NCBI GenBank assembly: GCA_044220955.1
Contig: JBGAQA010000107.1
Location: forward strand, 1-21,330
Direction of reading: 5' to 3'
From: Sandaracinaceae bacterium
GTDB taxonomy: Bacteria > Myxococcota_A > Polyangia > Polyangiales > Sandaracinaceae
DNA: 21,330 nt
Within the stretch, counting starts at the first letter, position 1. Every line of letters begins with the position of its first letter. Shown here piece by piece: positions 1 to 7,725 of this stretch. A program made the translations under genes and the position numbers. The notes under the pieces were generated by a model. It had not been told where the DNA came from. It did not search any database and saw only the letters and a list, made by a program, of their open reading frames with translations.

Positions 1-1126
1 GCGCAACGCCATCTTCCGCCGCGTGCGCACGCCCGACGACCTGCGCGTCGTGCGCGGCGCGTTCGGCGTCAGCGACGTCGTGGACTGGGTGCTCGTCGAG
101 CAGGTGCTCGCGCGCGCCACCACGCCGCGGGCGCGGCTGCGTGCCCTGCGCGGCCTCATCGCGCAGCAGCCCTCGAGCTTCGACCTCCAGCTCCGCCTGC
201 TCGAGGAGCTCGAGACGCAGAGCCACCTGCCCGAGCTGATGCGCCTGGCCGCCCGCATGCGGATCGATCCGCTGGCCGATGCCGGCGTGCGCACGGCGAT
301 CGGCGAGATGTATCTGCGCCAGGCCCGCGAGGAGGACGCGCGGCGCACGTTCAGCGAGATCGTGGAGTTCGCGCCGCTCGACGAGCTCGCGCGCCGACGT
401 CTCGGCGACCTCTACCGCGCCCACGGCTGGTACGAGGACGCGTACCGGCAGTACGAGACCCTGGCGACCATCCGGCCGGACGATCCGGCGGTGCTCCTCT
501 TGCTCGCGCAGGCCGCGGCGGGCGCGCACCGCACGGACGAGGCGCTGCGGCTCGAGCAGCGCGTGATGGAGACCGCGGCCCCGGGCGTCCGGGAAGGGAA
601 CGCGCGCACCGCGCAGCTCTGGTCGAGCGTGCGCTTCGCGGAGCTGCGGCAGGCGGCGCGCGAGGCGGGCAGCGAGGAGCAGCTCGGCGCGCTGCTCGCG
701 CGGATGCGGCGGAGCGGCGTGCTGCGCGGCGCCGGCGCGATGCGGGTGACGCTCGTGTGGGAGCACCCCGACGCCGGTCTGCAGCTCTGGGCCGCCTATC
801 CGGGCGGTCCGCTCGCGCGGCCCGCGGACCTCGACGCGGAGCTGGGCATCGAGGCCTTCGACGTGGTCGAGGCGCAGCCGGGCACCTACCGCGTCGAGGT
901 ACGCCGCACGAGCGGCGACCGCGTCGGCACCGTCACCGCGCGGCTCGTGGTCGTCTGGAACGAGGGCACGCCGGACGAGCGGGTCACGACTCAAGCCCTC
1001 ACGTTCGGCCCCGGCGTGCGGGCGGCCGCGTGGGCGATCTCGGGGACGACGGTCTCCGAGGCCGAGCCGACCCCGATCCCGACGCCCGTCCCCGGGGCGC
1101 GCGCGGGCCGGAGGCCCCCCGGCTGA
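1..1126 (+). CDS. TPR-repeat protein with C-terminal YfaP/DUF2135-like domain (5'-truncated by window edge)
   Basis: Frame is open from base 2 (RNAIFRRVRT...) to TGA 1124-1126. TPR-like helices (AIGEMYLRQAREEDARRTFSEIVE, RLGDLYRAHGWYEDAYRQYETL) are followed by MRVTLVWEHPDAGLQLW, which resembles the YfaP/DUF2135 LRVxLxW...DxDL motif. Confidence 0.7.
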   Translation, partial: RNAIFRRVRTPDDLRVVRGAFGVSDVVDWVLVEQVLARATTPRARLRALRGLIAQQPSSFDLQLRLLEELETQSHLPELMRLAARMRIDPLADAGVRTAIGEMYLRQAREEDARRTFSEIVEFAPLDELARRRLGDLYRAHGWYEDAYRQYETLATIRPDDPAVLLLLAQAAAGAHRTDEALRLEQRVMETAAPGVREGNARTAQLWSSVRFAELRQAAREAGSEEQLGALLARMRRSGVLRGAGAMRVTLVWEHPDAGLQLWAAYPGGPLARPADLDAELGIEAFDVVEAQPGTYRVEVRRTSGDRVGTVTARLVVVWNEGTPDERVTTQALTFGPGVRAAAWAISGTTVSEAEPTPIPTPVPGARAGRRPPG

Positions 1127-1174
1127 GCACGAGACCTCGACGAATCGCGGTGCACGGGCGAGACTTCGGTCCGC

Positions 1175-2269
1175 ATGCGCACGGCGTCGATCGCGCTCTG
1201 TCTCTCGGGTCTGCTGGCGTCCTGCTCGACGCCCGTGTCCGGAGCGGGCGACGCGGGGCCGCTCGAGATCGACACGGGCCCGGTGCCCGACGCGGGTCCG
1301 CGCCCCGACGCCGCGACGTGGATGCTCGACCCCGCGCCCGAGGTGATGCTCACGCACGCGTTCCCGGCGGTCGATCTGGCGGCGGGGCAGGAGCGCCTCG
1401 AGCTCTGCCAGGCGTGGACCCTGAACAACGACACGCCGATCTACGTGAGCTCGGTGACGATGGACGCGGGCCCGGGCTGGCACCACTCGAACTGGATGTG
1501 GGTCCCCGACGACCAGTTCACCGGCGACGACGGGACGTTTCCTTGCGGTGATCGCGACTTCCAGGAGGTCTCCGCGGCTCTGAACGGAGGCGGCGTGTTC
1601 TTCGCGCAGTCGACGCAGTCCACGCACGAAGTGCAGGCGTTCGGGCCGGGCGCGGCGTACGTGATCCCCCCGCACGCGCGCATCATCGGCGCGATCCACG
1701 TGTTCAACCTCTCGACGGATGCCGTCTCGACGGCGCTCACGTTCACCGTGCACGGCCTGCCGTCCACGGACGTGACGACGCTGCTCCACGGTCTGGCGCT
1801 CGACAACCGCCGCATCGACATCGCGGGGCGATCGACGACGATCGTGGACATGTCGTGCAACCTCGCGAACACCGTCCGCACGCACCGGCTGGCGAACCAC
1901 ATCTACTACGTGCTCCCGCACTTCCACGGGCTCACGACGGGGTGGGAGCTCTACGCGGTCGGCGGGCCGCACGACGGCGAGCTCGTCTTCGGGACGAGCT
2001 CGGGCATCGGAGACCCGCTCGGCGGCACGCTCACTCCGCCCTTCGACATGACCGACGCGACCGGGCTGCGTCTGGTTTGCACGTATCAGAACCCCGGCAC
2101 CGACACGGTCCGCTATGGCGCCTATCGCACGGACGAGATGTGCATGGTGCTCGCGTACGTCGACGGCCCGGTGCAGTTCGCAGGCGAGTCGAACGGAACC
2201 GTGACCAGGACCACCGACCCCGACGGCACGATCCGCGAGACGACGCCCTGCTCGGCGATCTCGCACTGA
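1175..2269 (+). CDS. Lipoprotein, copper type II ascorbate-dependent monooxygenase (PHM/DBH)-like, 364 aa
   Basis: Signal peptide with lipobox LASC. Motifs WHH (His 1481-1486), IHVFN, PHFH (His 1919, 1925) and DEMC (Met 2138) match the order of the CuH and CuM ligands of PHM/DBH enzymes. Confidence 0.75.
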   Translation: MRTASIALCLSGLLASCSTPVSGAGDAGPLEIDTGPVPDAGPRPDAATWMLDPAPEVMLTHAFPAVDLAAGQERLELCQAWTLNNDTPIYVSSVTMDAGPGWHHSNWMWVPDDQFTGDDGTFPCGDRDFQEVSAALNGGGVFFAQSTQSTHEVQAFGPGAAYVIPPHARIIGAIHVFNLSTDAVSTALTFTVHGLPSTDVTTLLHGLALDNRRIDIAGRSTTIVDMSCNLANTVRTHRLANHIYYVLPHFHGLTTGWELYAVGGPHDGELVFGTSSGIGDPLGGTLTPPFDMTDATGLRLVCTYQNPGTDTVRYGAYRTDEMCMVLAYVDGPVQFAGESNGTVTRTTDPDGTIRETTPCSAISH

Positions 2270-2276
2270 TCCGGCG

Positions 2277-2849
2277 TCAGGCCGCGGCGAACAGGCGCAG
2301 CGCCCACTCACCGAGGATGGCGGCGAGCAGCGAGGGGATCGTGAGCCCGAGCGCGGAGCCGAGGGCGTAGTCGCGCAGGCGGATCGGCGAGAGCGCGAGC
2401 GCGTAGCCGATCCCCGGGAGCACGAAGAGCACGCCGCGCGCGACGAACGCCGTACGGATCGGGCGGCGATCGACCTCGGCCATCAGCGCTCGGACGCGCG
2501 GGTGCGCGATCTCGGCGAGCGCCCGTCCGGCGACGAGGCGCCCGAAGAGGAACACCGCGACGGACGCGACGTTCATCCCGAGGTACGCGATCAGCGTGCC
2601 GAGCCAGGGCCCGTAGGCCGCGACTGCGGCGATGACGAACACCGCGCCCGGGAGCTGCAGGATCTCGCCGATGGCGAAGAGCGCGACGTACACCGCGACG
2701 CCGAGCGCGCCCCAGCGCTCGGCCGCCTCGGCGACGTGCTCGCGCGTGAGCCAGGCGGCCGCACCGGAGAGGTGCGCGGCGAGCGCGAGAGCCGCGACGA
2801 TCCCGACGAGGAGCGCGATCCGAGCGGGCGCCGGGAGCGAGCTCGGCAC
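2277..2849 (-). CDS. TVP38/TMEM64 (DedA superfamily, VTT domain) membrane protein, ~190 aa
   Basis: Hydrophobic helices plus LPGAVFVIAAVAAYGPWLG, FLFGRLV and YALALSPIRLRDYALGSALG, typical of VTT/SNARE-associated proteins. GTG 2849 chosen as start because the longer 410-aa ORF upstream is Arg-rich and overlaps the next gene. Confidence 0.85.
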   Translation of the reverse strand: MPSSLPAPARIALLVGIVAALALAAHLSGAAAWLTREHVAEAAERWGALGVAVYVALFAIGEILQLPGAVFVIAAVAAYGPWLGTLIAYLGMNVASVAVFLFGRLVAGRALAEIAHPRVRALMAEVDRRPIRTAFVARGVLFVLPGIGYALALSPIRLRDYALGSALGLTIPSLLAAILGEWALRLFAAA

Positions 2850-2855
2850 GCGACC

Positions 2856-2861
2856 AGCGTA
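2856..2861 (-). promoter_or_regulatory. Putative -10 box TACGCT, 6 nt upstream of GTG 2849 (leaderless-type promoter)
   Basis: Minus strand reads TACGCT-ggtcgc-GTG; no Shine-Dalgarno sequence. Confidence 0.5.
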
Positions 2862-2962
2862 GCGCAGCGCGCCCCAGCGCGCCGGGCCCCTCGGCCGCGA
2901 AGTGCTGGCGCTCGAACGATGGAGCGCCGCCGGCATCCCCTGGCTCGTCGGGCAAGAACTGC

Positions 2963-3559
2963 CTACGGGACGCGCGTGTAGAAGATGTCGCCCGCCGTGC
3001 GGCCGCACGCGTCCGACACGAAGTGGAGCACCAGCACGTCGCAGCTTCGGAATTCGATCGTGTACGAGGTGCTCGCGTCGGCGCAGCCCGGGACGGGATC
3101 GCGCGAGTAGAACGTCAGCAGGTCCGCGGCCAGCACGTAGGGGCCGCCCGCTAGCGAGGCGCCGCCCCGACTGCTCGAGGTGTCCCACTCTCCGGCCTCG
3201 GTGAAGGCCGTGTAGAAGCCGAGATCGGCGTGGAACGTGCCCACCAGCGAGCACGGGACGTCGCCGTCCCCCGCCACGCCGAGGTCGACCGATGCATCGG
3301 AGCCGGCGTCGTGCGCTGCATCGCCGGGGCCCACGTCCACCGGATCGATCGTGGCATCGAGACCGGCGTCGTGCGTGGCGAGGGCCGCGTCGATCCCTGC
3401 GTCGGGGGCCGCGTCCGCCCCGGCGTCGCGGACGCTCGCGTCCGCTCGAGCGGCGTCGCCCGGCGCCGCGTCGGCGGCCGGTGGCCCCGTCCCGTGCACC
3501 TGGGCGCACCCGGCGGCCAAGGCGCCGATCGAGATCCAGAGGGCCAGCCCGGCTCGCAT
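2963..3559 (-). CDS. Hypothetical lipoprotein, 198 aa, with Asp/Ala/Gly-rich linker and small Cys-containing C-terminal domain
   Basis: MRAGLALWISIGALAAGC signal peptide and lipobox-like Cys; DAG/DAA low-complexity tether; ~90-aa C-terminal region with four Cys. Confidence 0.8.
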   Translation of the reverse strand: MRAGLALWISIGALAAGCAQVHGTGPPAADAAPGDAARADASVRDAGADAAPDAGIDAALATHDAGLDATIDPVDVGPGDAAHDAGSDASVDLGVAGDGDVPCSLVGTFHADLGFYTAFTEAGEWDTSSSRGGASLAGGPYVLAADLLTFYSRDPVPGCADASTSYTIEFRSCDVLVLHFVSDACGRTAGDIFYTRVP

Positions 3560-3565
3560 CGAGCC

Positions 3566-3571
3566 ATCGTA
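3566..3571 (-). promoter_or_regulatory. Putative -10 box TACGAT, 6 nt upstream of ATG 3559 (leaderless-type promoter)
   Basis: Minus strand reads TACGAT-ggctcg-ATG; no Shine-Dalgarno sequence. Confidence 0.55.
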
Positions 3572-3587
3572 CGCCGAAAGCCCGTCG

Positions 3588-4271
3588 CTACATCCGCACC
3601 AGGGCGACGACGAGCGCGATGCCGATCGCGAGCGCCAGCACCGTGAACGGGATCAGCGCGCCGATCTCCTGCCCCCGAAGCCGCGCAGGCAGGAGAGGCC
3701 GAAGGACGAGCGCGAGGAGCGCGCTGCCGTCGACGCCGGGGAGCGGGAGCAGGTTCGCGGCGGCGAGCTTGGCGGCGATCGTCCCGACGAGGGCGAGGGA
3801 GAGATCGCGCTCCGCGAAGGTGCGGAGCGACGCGACGGCGCGGTCGTTGTCGAGCAGGAGCCACACGAACTGCAGCGGAAGGCGCGCCGCGGACACGAGC
3901 GCGCCGGGCCCGGCGAGCGCGACCGCGAGCGCGAGCAGCGCCACGTTGCCCGAGAGCAGCACGAGCGCCTGCAGGCCCGGTGAGAGGAGCGCGAACGTCG
4001 TCGGCTGTGTCGCGTCCGGCCGCGGCTCGGCCTCGCGGTACGGACCCGCGGGCTCGCGCGGGATGGGCGCCGGCCCGTGCACGATGTAGCCGCCGAGCGG
4101 CAGCATCCCCAGCCGCACCTCGGGCGCCCCGCGCCGGAGCACGAGGCTCGGGCCGTAGAAGATCTGCACGCGCGCCGGCCGCGCACCGAGCCGGGTCGAC
4201 GCGAGCGCCATCGCGATCACGTGCAGCGCGCCGAGCAGTCCGGCGATGCCGATCGTCGTGACGAGCCACAC
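3588..4271 (-). CDS. Site-2 protease (peptidase M50/RseP-like) homologue with degenerate HExxH, ~227 aa
   Basis: Keeps RseP-like motifs IFYGPSL, VRLGMLPLGGYI, LLSGNVA and NLLPLPGVDGS, but the HExxH position reads HVIAM (4223-4209). GTG 4271 chosen as start because upstream codons run into the microsatellite. Confidence 0.75.
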   Translation of the reverse strand: MWLVTTIGIAGLLGALHVIAMALASTRLGARPARVQIFYGPSLVLRRGAPEVRLGMLPLGGYIVHGPAPIPREPAGPYREAEPRPDATQPTTFALLSPGLQALVLLSGNVALLALAVALAGPGALVSAARLPLQFVWLLLDNDRAVASLRTFAERDLSLALVGTIAAKLAAANLLPLPGVDGSALLALVLRPLLPARLRGQEIGALIPFTVLALAIGIALVVALVRM

Positions 4272-4279
4272 GGCCAGGG

Positions 4280-4285
4280 ATGGTA
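4280..4285 (-). promoter_or_regulatory. Putative -10 box TACCAT, 8 nt upstream of GTG 4271
   Basis: Minus strand reads TACCAT-ccctggcc-GTG; no Shine-Dalgarno sequence. Confidence 0.45.
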
Positions 4286-4294
4286 GCGCGGGAG

Positions 4295-4461
4295 GGCGAG
4301 AGCGAGAGCGAGAGCGAGAGCGAGAGCGAGGGCGAGAGCGAGAGCGAGGGCGAGAGCGAGAGCGAGGGCGAGGGCGAGGGCCCGCGAGCGCGAGAGCGAG
4401 CGCGAGAGCGAGGGACAGCGAGCGCGAGGGACAGCGAGCGCGAGAGCGAGAGCGAGAGCGA
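4295..4461. repeat. Intergenic hexamer microsatellite (RGCGAG)n
   Basis: 14 consecutive AGCGAG/GGCGAG units at 4295-4378, then degenerate units to ~4461; lies between divergent genes. Confidence 0.95.
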
Positions 4462-4565
4462 TAGACGTCGCGTCTCCTCGTGGCTCGGCTCGCGGCCACG
4501 CGCCTCGACGTCTTGATCGCAGCGTGCCGTTGCGAGAGACTCTTCCAGTCGAGGAGAGGTGACGA

Positions 4566-5336
4566 GTGCTGCACCGCGCGACGATCGTTGGAGTCGGTGT
4601 TCTCCTCGCATCGAGCTGCGTGGCCAGTTCCGGGGCCGTCTCCTCGGAGGGGGACCTGCTCGGCGGCAGCGCCGACCCCGACACCACCGGCACGGACAGC
4701 ACCGTGCTCGTGGTGTCCCGGAGCCTGAGCTCGCAGCCGGAGGGAACGGGCCTGCTGAATGCGCTCTGTGCCGGGACGCTGATCTCGCCGCGGTTCGTGC
4801 TGACCACCGCCGACTGCATCGCGGGCGGGACCGCAGGCGCGTCGGTCACGGATCGGTTCGCTCCTTTCGTGCCGGACCACGTCGACTTCGACGCGGACCC
4901 GGGGATCGTCTTCGTCCGGCCTGGGTTCGACTCGCCCCGAGTGTCTCGTGCGGTCCGAGCCTGCGTCGCGCAGGGCGCGGACCGCGCGTCGGACGTGCCG
5001 TGCGATAGTCTCGTCCCCGATTTTCGGACGAATCGGACGCCCTTCTACCGGCTCGCACTGCTGGAGATCGACCCTGTTTGGCCGGCCCGGGCCCCATCGG
5101 AAGCTGGACCGATCGACCAGCGTGTGGAGGTGCGCGACACCTTCTTCGGGAGTCCCGAGGGGGGCTGGACCGGCCAGCTCGTTCGCCTCGTCGGCTACGG
5201 ATCAGGAACGTGCTTCGCCACGTCGGGCGCTCCCGCGGGCTGGTGCGCCTACTTCGGGCTCGCGGGTCCGGACGTTCGCCACTCACTCGTGCTCCGGGTC
5301 GCTACCACAGAGCCCCCCCCAACCTGGCGTGCCTGA
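4566..5336 (+). CDS. N-terminal fragment of a secreted/lipoprotein trypsin-like (S1) pseudo-protease; frameshifted at C8 run 5313-5320
   Basis: SD-like GAGGAGAGGT at 4551-4560; GTG start; signal peptide ending LLASSC. S1 motifs CAGTLISPRFVLTTADC, RLALLEI and VRLVGYG. Stop follows shortly after the C8 run. Confidence 0.7.
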   Translation: MLHRATIVGVGVLLASSCVASSGAVSSEGDLLGGSADPDTTGTDSTVLVVSRSLSSQPEGTGLLNALCAGTLISPRFVLTTADCIAGGTAGASVTDRFAPFVPDHVDFDADPGIVFVRPGFDSPRVSRAVRACVAQGADRASDVPCDSLVPDFRTNRTPFYRLALLEIDPVWPARAPSEAGPIDQRVEVRDTFFGSPEGGWTGQLVRLVGYGSGTCFATSGAPAGWCAYFGLAGPDVRHSLVLRVATTEPPPTWRA

Positions 5337-7725
5337 CCTGCTCCTGCCGAGCCCTGCCGCGCCGAGTGATTACTCCCGGACCATCCTCGCGATGGACGGC
5401 TTCGACAGGATCTCGGACGCGGCGCCGCCGCCGTCTCCTCTCCGTGCCGACCACTTGCTCCGTCCCATCGATTTCGTGGGGACGACCTTCCTCGATGATG
5501 GGGGTAGCGTCCTGCTCGCCACGAGCGCCGACCCGCTCGGCGATCCTCAGCGCGTCCGCGCTTGTGGGACCGAGCAGCTGGTCGGCATCGTCGCCGGCGA
5601 CTGGATCCGGCCGAACCATGCGCTCGCGCTCGCGGACGATGGCAACGAAGCATGGATCGCGAGCCACCTCGATCCCGACGGTGACGGCGTGTGGCGAGGG
5701 CCCTGGGACCACTGCGCCGACGGGAGCAACGATCCCGACGGCGACGGCGTGCGCAGCGACCTGTCCTACCCGGATGGGAGGCCGCACGACGATTGCCCGG
5801 CTGTGTGGAACCCTGGCCAGGAAGACGCCGACGGCGACTGGGTCGGCGACGCTTGCGACGACTGTGTCGACGTGGCGAACCCGGACCAGGCCGACTGCGA
5901 CGGTGTCGGGAATGGCGACGCTTGCACGCCCGACTCCGACCACGACGGCATCCCCGAGCCCTGCGACCTCTGCCCGCTCACGGCGGACTCGCTCCTCGAC
6001 TGCAACGTAGACGCCGAGCTGGAGCGCTCGAGCCCGGAGCTCCGGGACTCGTGCGACCCGGTTCCGTGCGCCGCGACGACGCCGAGCACGACCGACGGCG
6101 TGCCGATCGACACGACCACGCCGTCGCTGATCACCACCGCCCACATCCGAGGCCCCGCGGTCGTCGCGAGTCCGGACCCAACCGCGGCCGCCCTGGACAC
6201 GTTCACCGCGACAGGCAACGTCGGATTCCGGTACTGCCACTGCTCGGTCGCGACGACCAACTCCGAATCCACGCGCAGAACCTGCGTCGACGAGGGCTGC
6301 GCGCTCCGCGGTACGCTCGATATCCTCACCGGCGGCGAACGCGACCTCTACGCCAGCGATCCCTCGGGCGCGTGGAGACCGATGGCTGTACAGGTCGCGG
6401 GCACGACCGTCGCCGAGGTGTCGGCCACGTTCCGGTCGACGGGGCGGTCGCCGCCGTCTGCGGTGGCCGTGGACTGGCCGTTCACGACCGACTCTGCCGC
6501 GCAGCCGCTGACGACGGTGCCGTTTGGCGCGCCAACCGCGCTCGGCGTGATCTGGACCCAGGTGCGCGGCAGCGGCGCCTGCGCCTCGAGCGCGTGCGAG
6601 CGCCTCGCAGCGCACTATTGGTCCGGGCCCATCGCGGGCGGCACCGTGCACGGTCCGAACCCGGCCCTCGTGAACGGCAGCGCGTTCGTGCCGTGGCCGG
6701 CGCCGCTGCCGATCTGTCTCTATTACGAGGGCAGCTTCCCCGCATCGTTCCTGGGCACGCTCTGCCTGCCGGGAAGTCCGTGCGGGCTCGACCAGTGGGT
6801 CGTGCGTACACGCGGCATCGAGCTGGCGGCGGCGCCTCAGGTCAGCGCACACCTCGGCAAGCTCTTCCTCGACCCGGTCCTCGCGTGGACGGCGCCGAGC
6901 GAGCCGCGCGAGGCGCTCGGGGCCGACGCGGTCCGGCTCGTCGGTACGAGCCTGGGGCAGGTCGTCGCGCGCGTCACGGCCGTCGGGCCGACGCTCGGCC
7001 TCGTCGAGGACGGACAGGGCTTCCCGAAGGGAGACTCCGCGCAGCTCGCGTCAGCGGCGCGCGCGTTCGCGGCGACGGGCAGCACGAGTCCCACCGGGCG
7101 CGGGACGATCCTGCTCGGCTCGGCGGCGCGCTTGTACGCGCTCGGCGGCGACCTCACGGAGCGCCAGAGCGTCGTCTTCACCGATCTGCGGACGGGTCGC
7201 ACCGGTCCGATCGCGCTCGCGGGCGAGCCGCCTGGCTGGGTCATCGCCGCGACGCATCGGCTCACGAGTCCGTCGGCGCTCGTGCTCGACCGCGTGCCTC
7301 GTGCGCGTGACCGACACCCGCATGACGACCGCTACCATGATTCCCGCGAGCACGTGCGGCTGCTGCTGGTCGATCTTCGCGAGGGTACCTCGACGGTGGT
7401 CCGCGCGTTTCCGTGGCTGTCTCGCTTCGACCGACATGCGCTCGCAACGCTCCCGGACGGGGACGCGGTGCTCGTCGCGTCCAGCGCGGGGTCGCAGCGG
7501 CACGTCGTGGTGCGGTTCCGCGTCACGACGGGGCGTCGAGGCGAGCTCGACGTGGATGTCGTGTCGCGGGCCGAAGGGCGCGGTGCGCTGCTCGCGGCGC
7601 CCCAGGCGAGCATCGAAGGAGTGAGCCTCGCGGTCGCACGGACGGCGCGTCCGTGGACGGTCCTCGGGTACACACTCGCAGTCCAGCGCGATCGACGCGA
7701 GCGCGATCTGGATGACTGCTTCTAG
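5320..7725 (+). CDS. C-terminal fragment of the same gene: end of trypsin-like domain, thrombospondin type-3 (Ca-binding) repeats, Cys-rich region, beta-rich C-terminal region
   Basis: FLDDGGSVL and LVGIVAG align with GDSGGPL and LVGIVS. TSP3 repeats at ~5671-6060 (DPDGDGV, DDCPAVWNPGQEDADGDWVGDACD, NPDQADCDGVGNGDAC). First in-frame ATG after the break is 5392. Confidence 0.8.
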   Translation, partial: QPGVPDLLLPSPAAPSDYSRTILAMDGFDRISDAAPPPSPLRADHLLRPIDFVGTTFLDDGGSVLLATSADPLGDPQRVRACGTEQLVGIVAGDWIRPNHALALADDGNEAWIASHLDPDGDGVWRGPWDHCADGSNDPDGDGVRSDLSYPDGRPHDDCPAVWNPGQEDADGDWVGDACDDCVDVANPDQADCDGVGNGDACTPDSDHDGIPEPCDLCPLTADSLLDCNVDAELERSSPELRDSCDPVPCAATTPSTTDGVPIDTTTPSLITTAHIRGPAVVASPDPTAAALDTFTATGNVGFRYCHCSVATTNSESTRRTCVDEGCALRGTLDILTGGERDLYASDPSGAWRPMAVQVAGTTVAEVSATFRSTGRSPPSAVAVDWPFTTDSAAQPLTTVPFGAPTALGVIWTQVRGSGACASSACERLAAHYWSGPIAGGTVHGPNPALVNGSAFVPWPAPLPICLYYEGSFPASFLGTLCLPGSPCGLDQWVVRTRGIELAAAPQVSAHLGKLFLDPVLAWTAPSEPREALGADAVRLVGTSLGQVVARVTAVGPTLGLVEDGQGFPKGDSAQLASAARAFAATGSTSPTGRGTILLGSAARLYALGGDLTERQSVVFTDLRTGRTGPIALAGEPPGWVIAATHRLTSPSALVLDRVPRARDRHPHDDRYHDSREHVRLLLVDLREGTSTVVRAFPWLSRFDRHALATLPDGDAVLVASSAGSQRHVVVRFRVTTGRRGELDVDVVSRAEGRGALLAAPQASIEGVSLAVARTARPWTVLGYTLAVQRDRRERDLDDCF

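Noticed and set aside
4295..4461. Possible CRISPR array
   Set aside because: Simple hexamer repeat with no unique spacers and no cas genes in the window.
4217..4516. Small ORFs with poly-(ES), (RE), (LA) or (SL) dipeptides
   Set aside because: Translations of the intergenic microsatellite; no evidence of coding function.
4948..5319. N-terminal part of the 925-aa ORF
   Set aside because: Overlaps the trypsin-motif frame of 4566-5336 and is Arg/Ser-rich; the frame becomes credible only after the C8 run.
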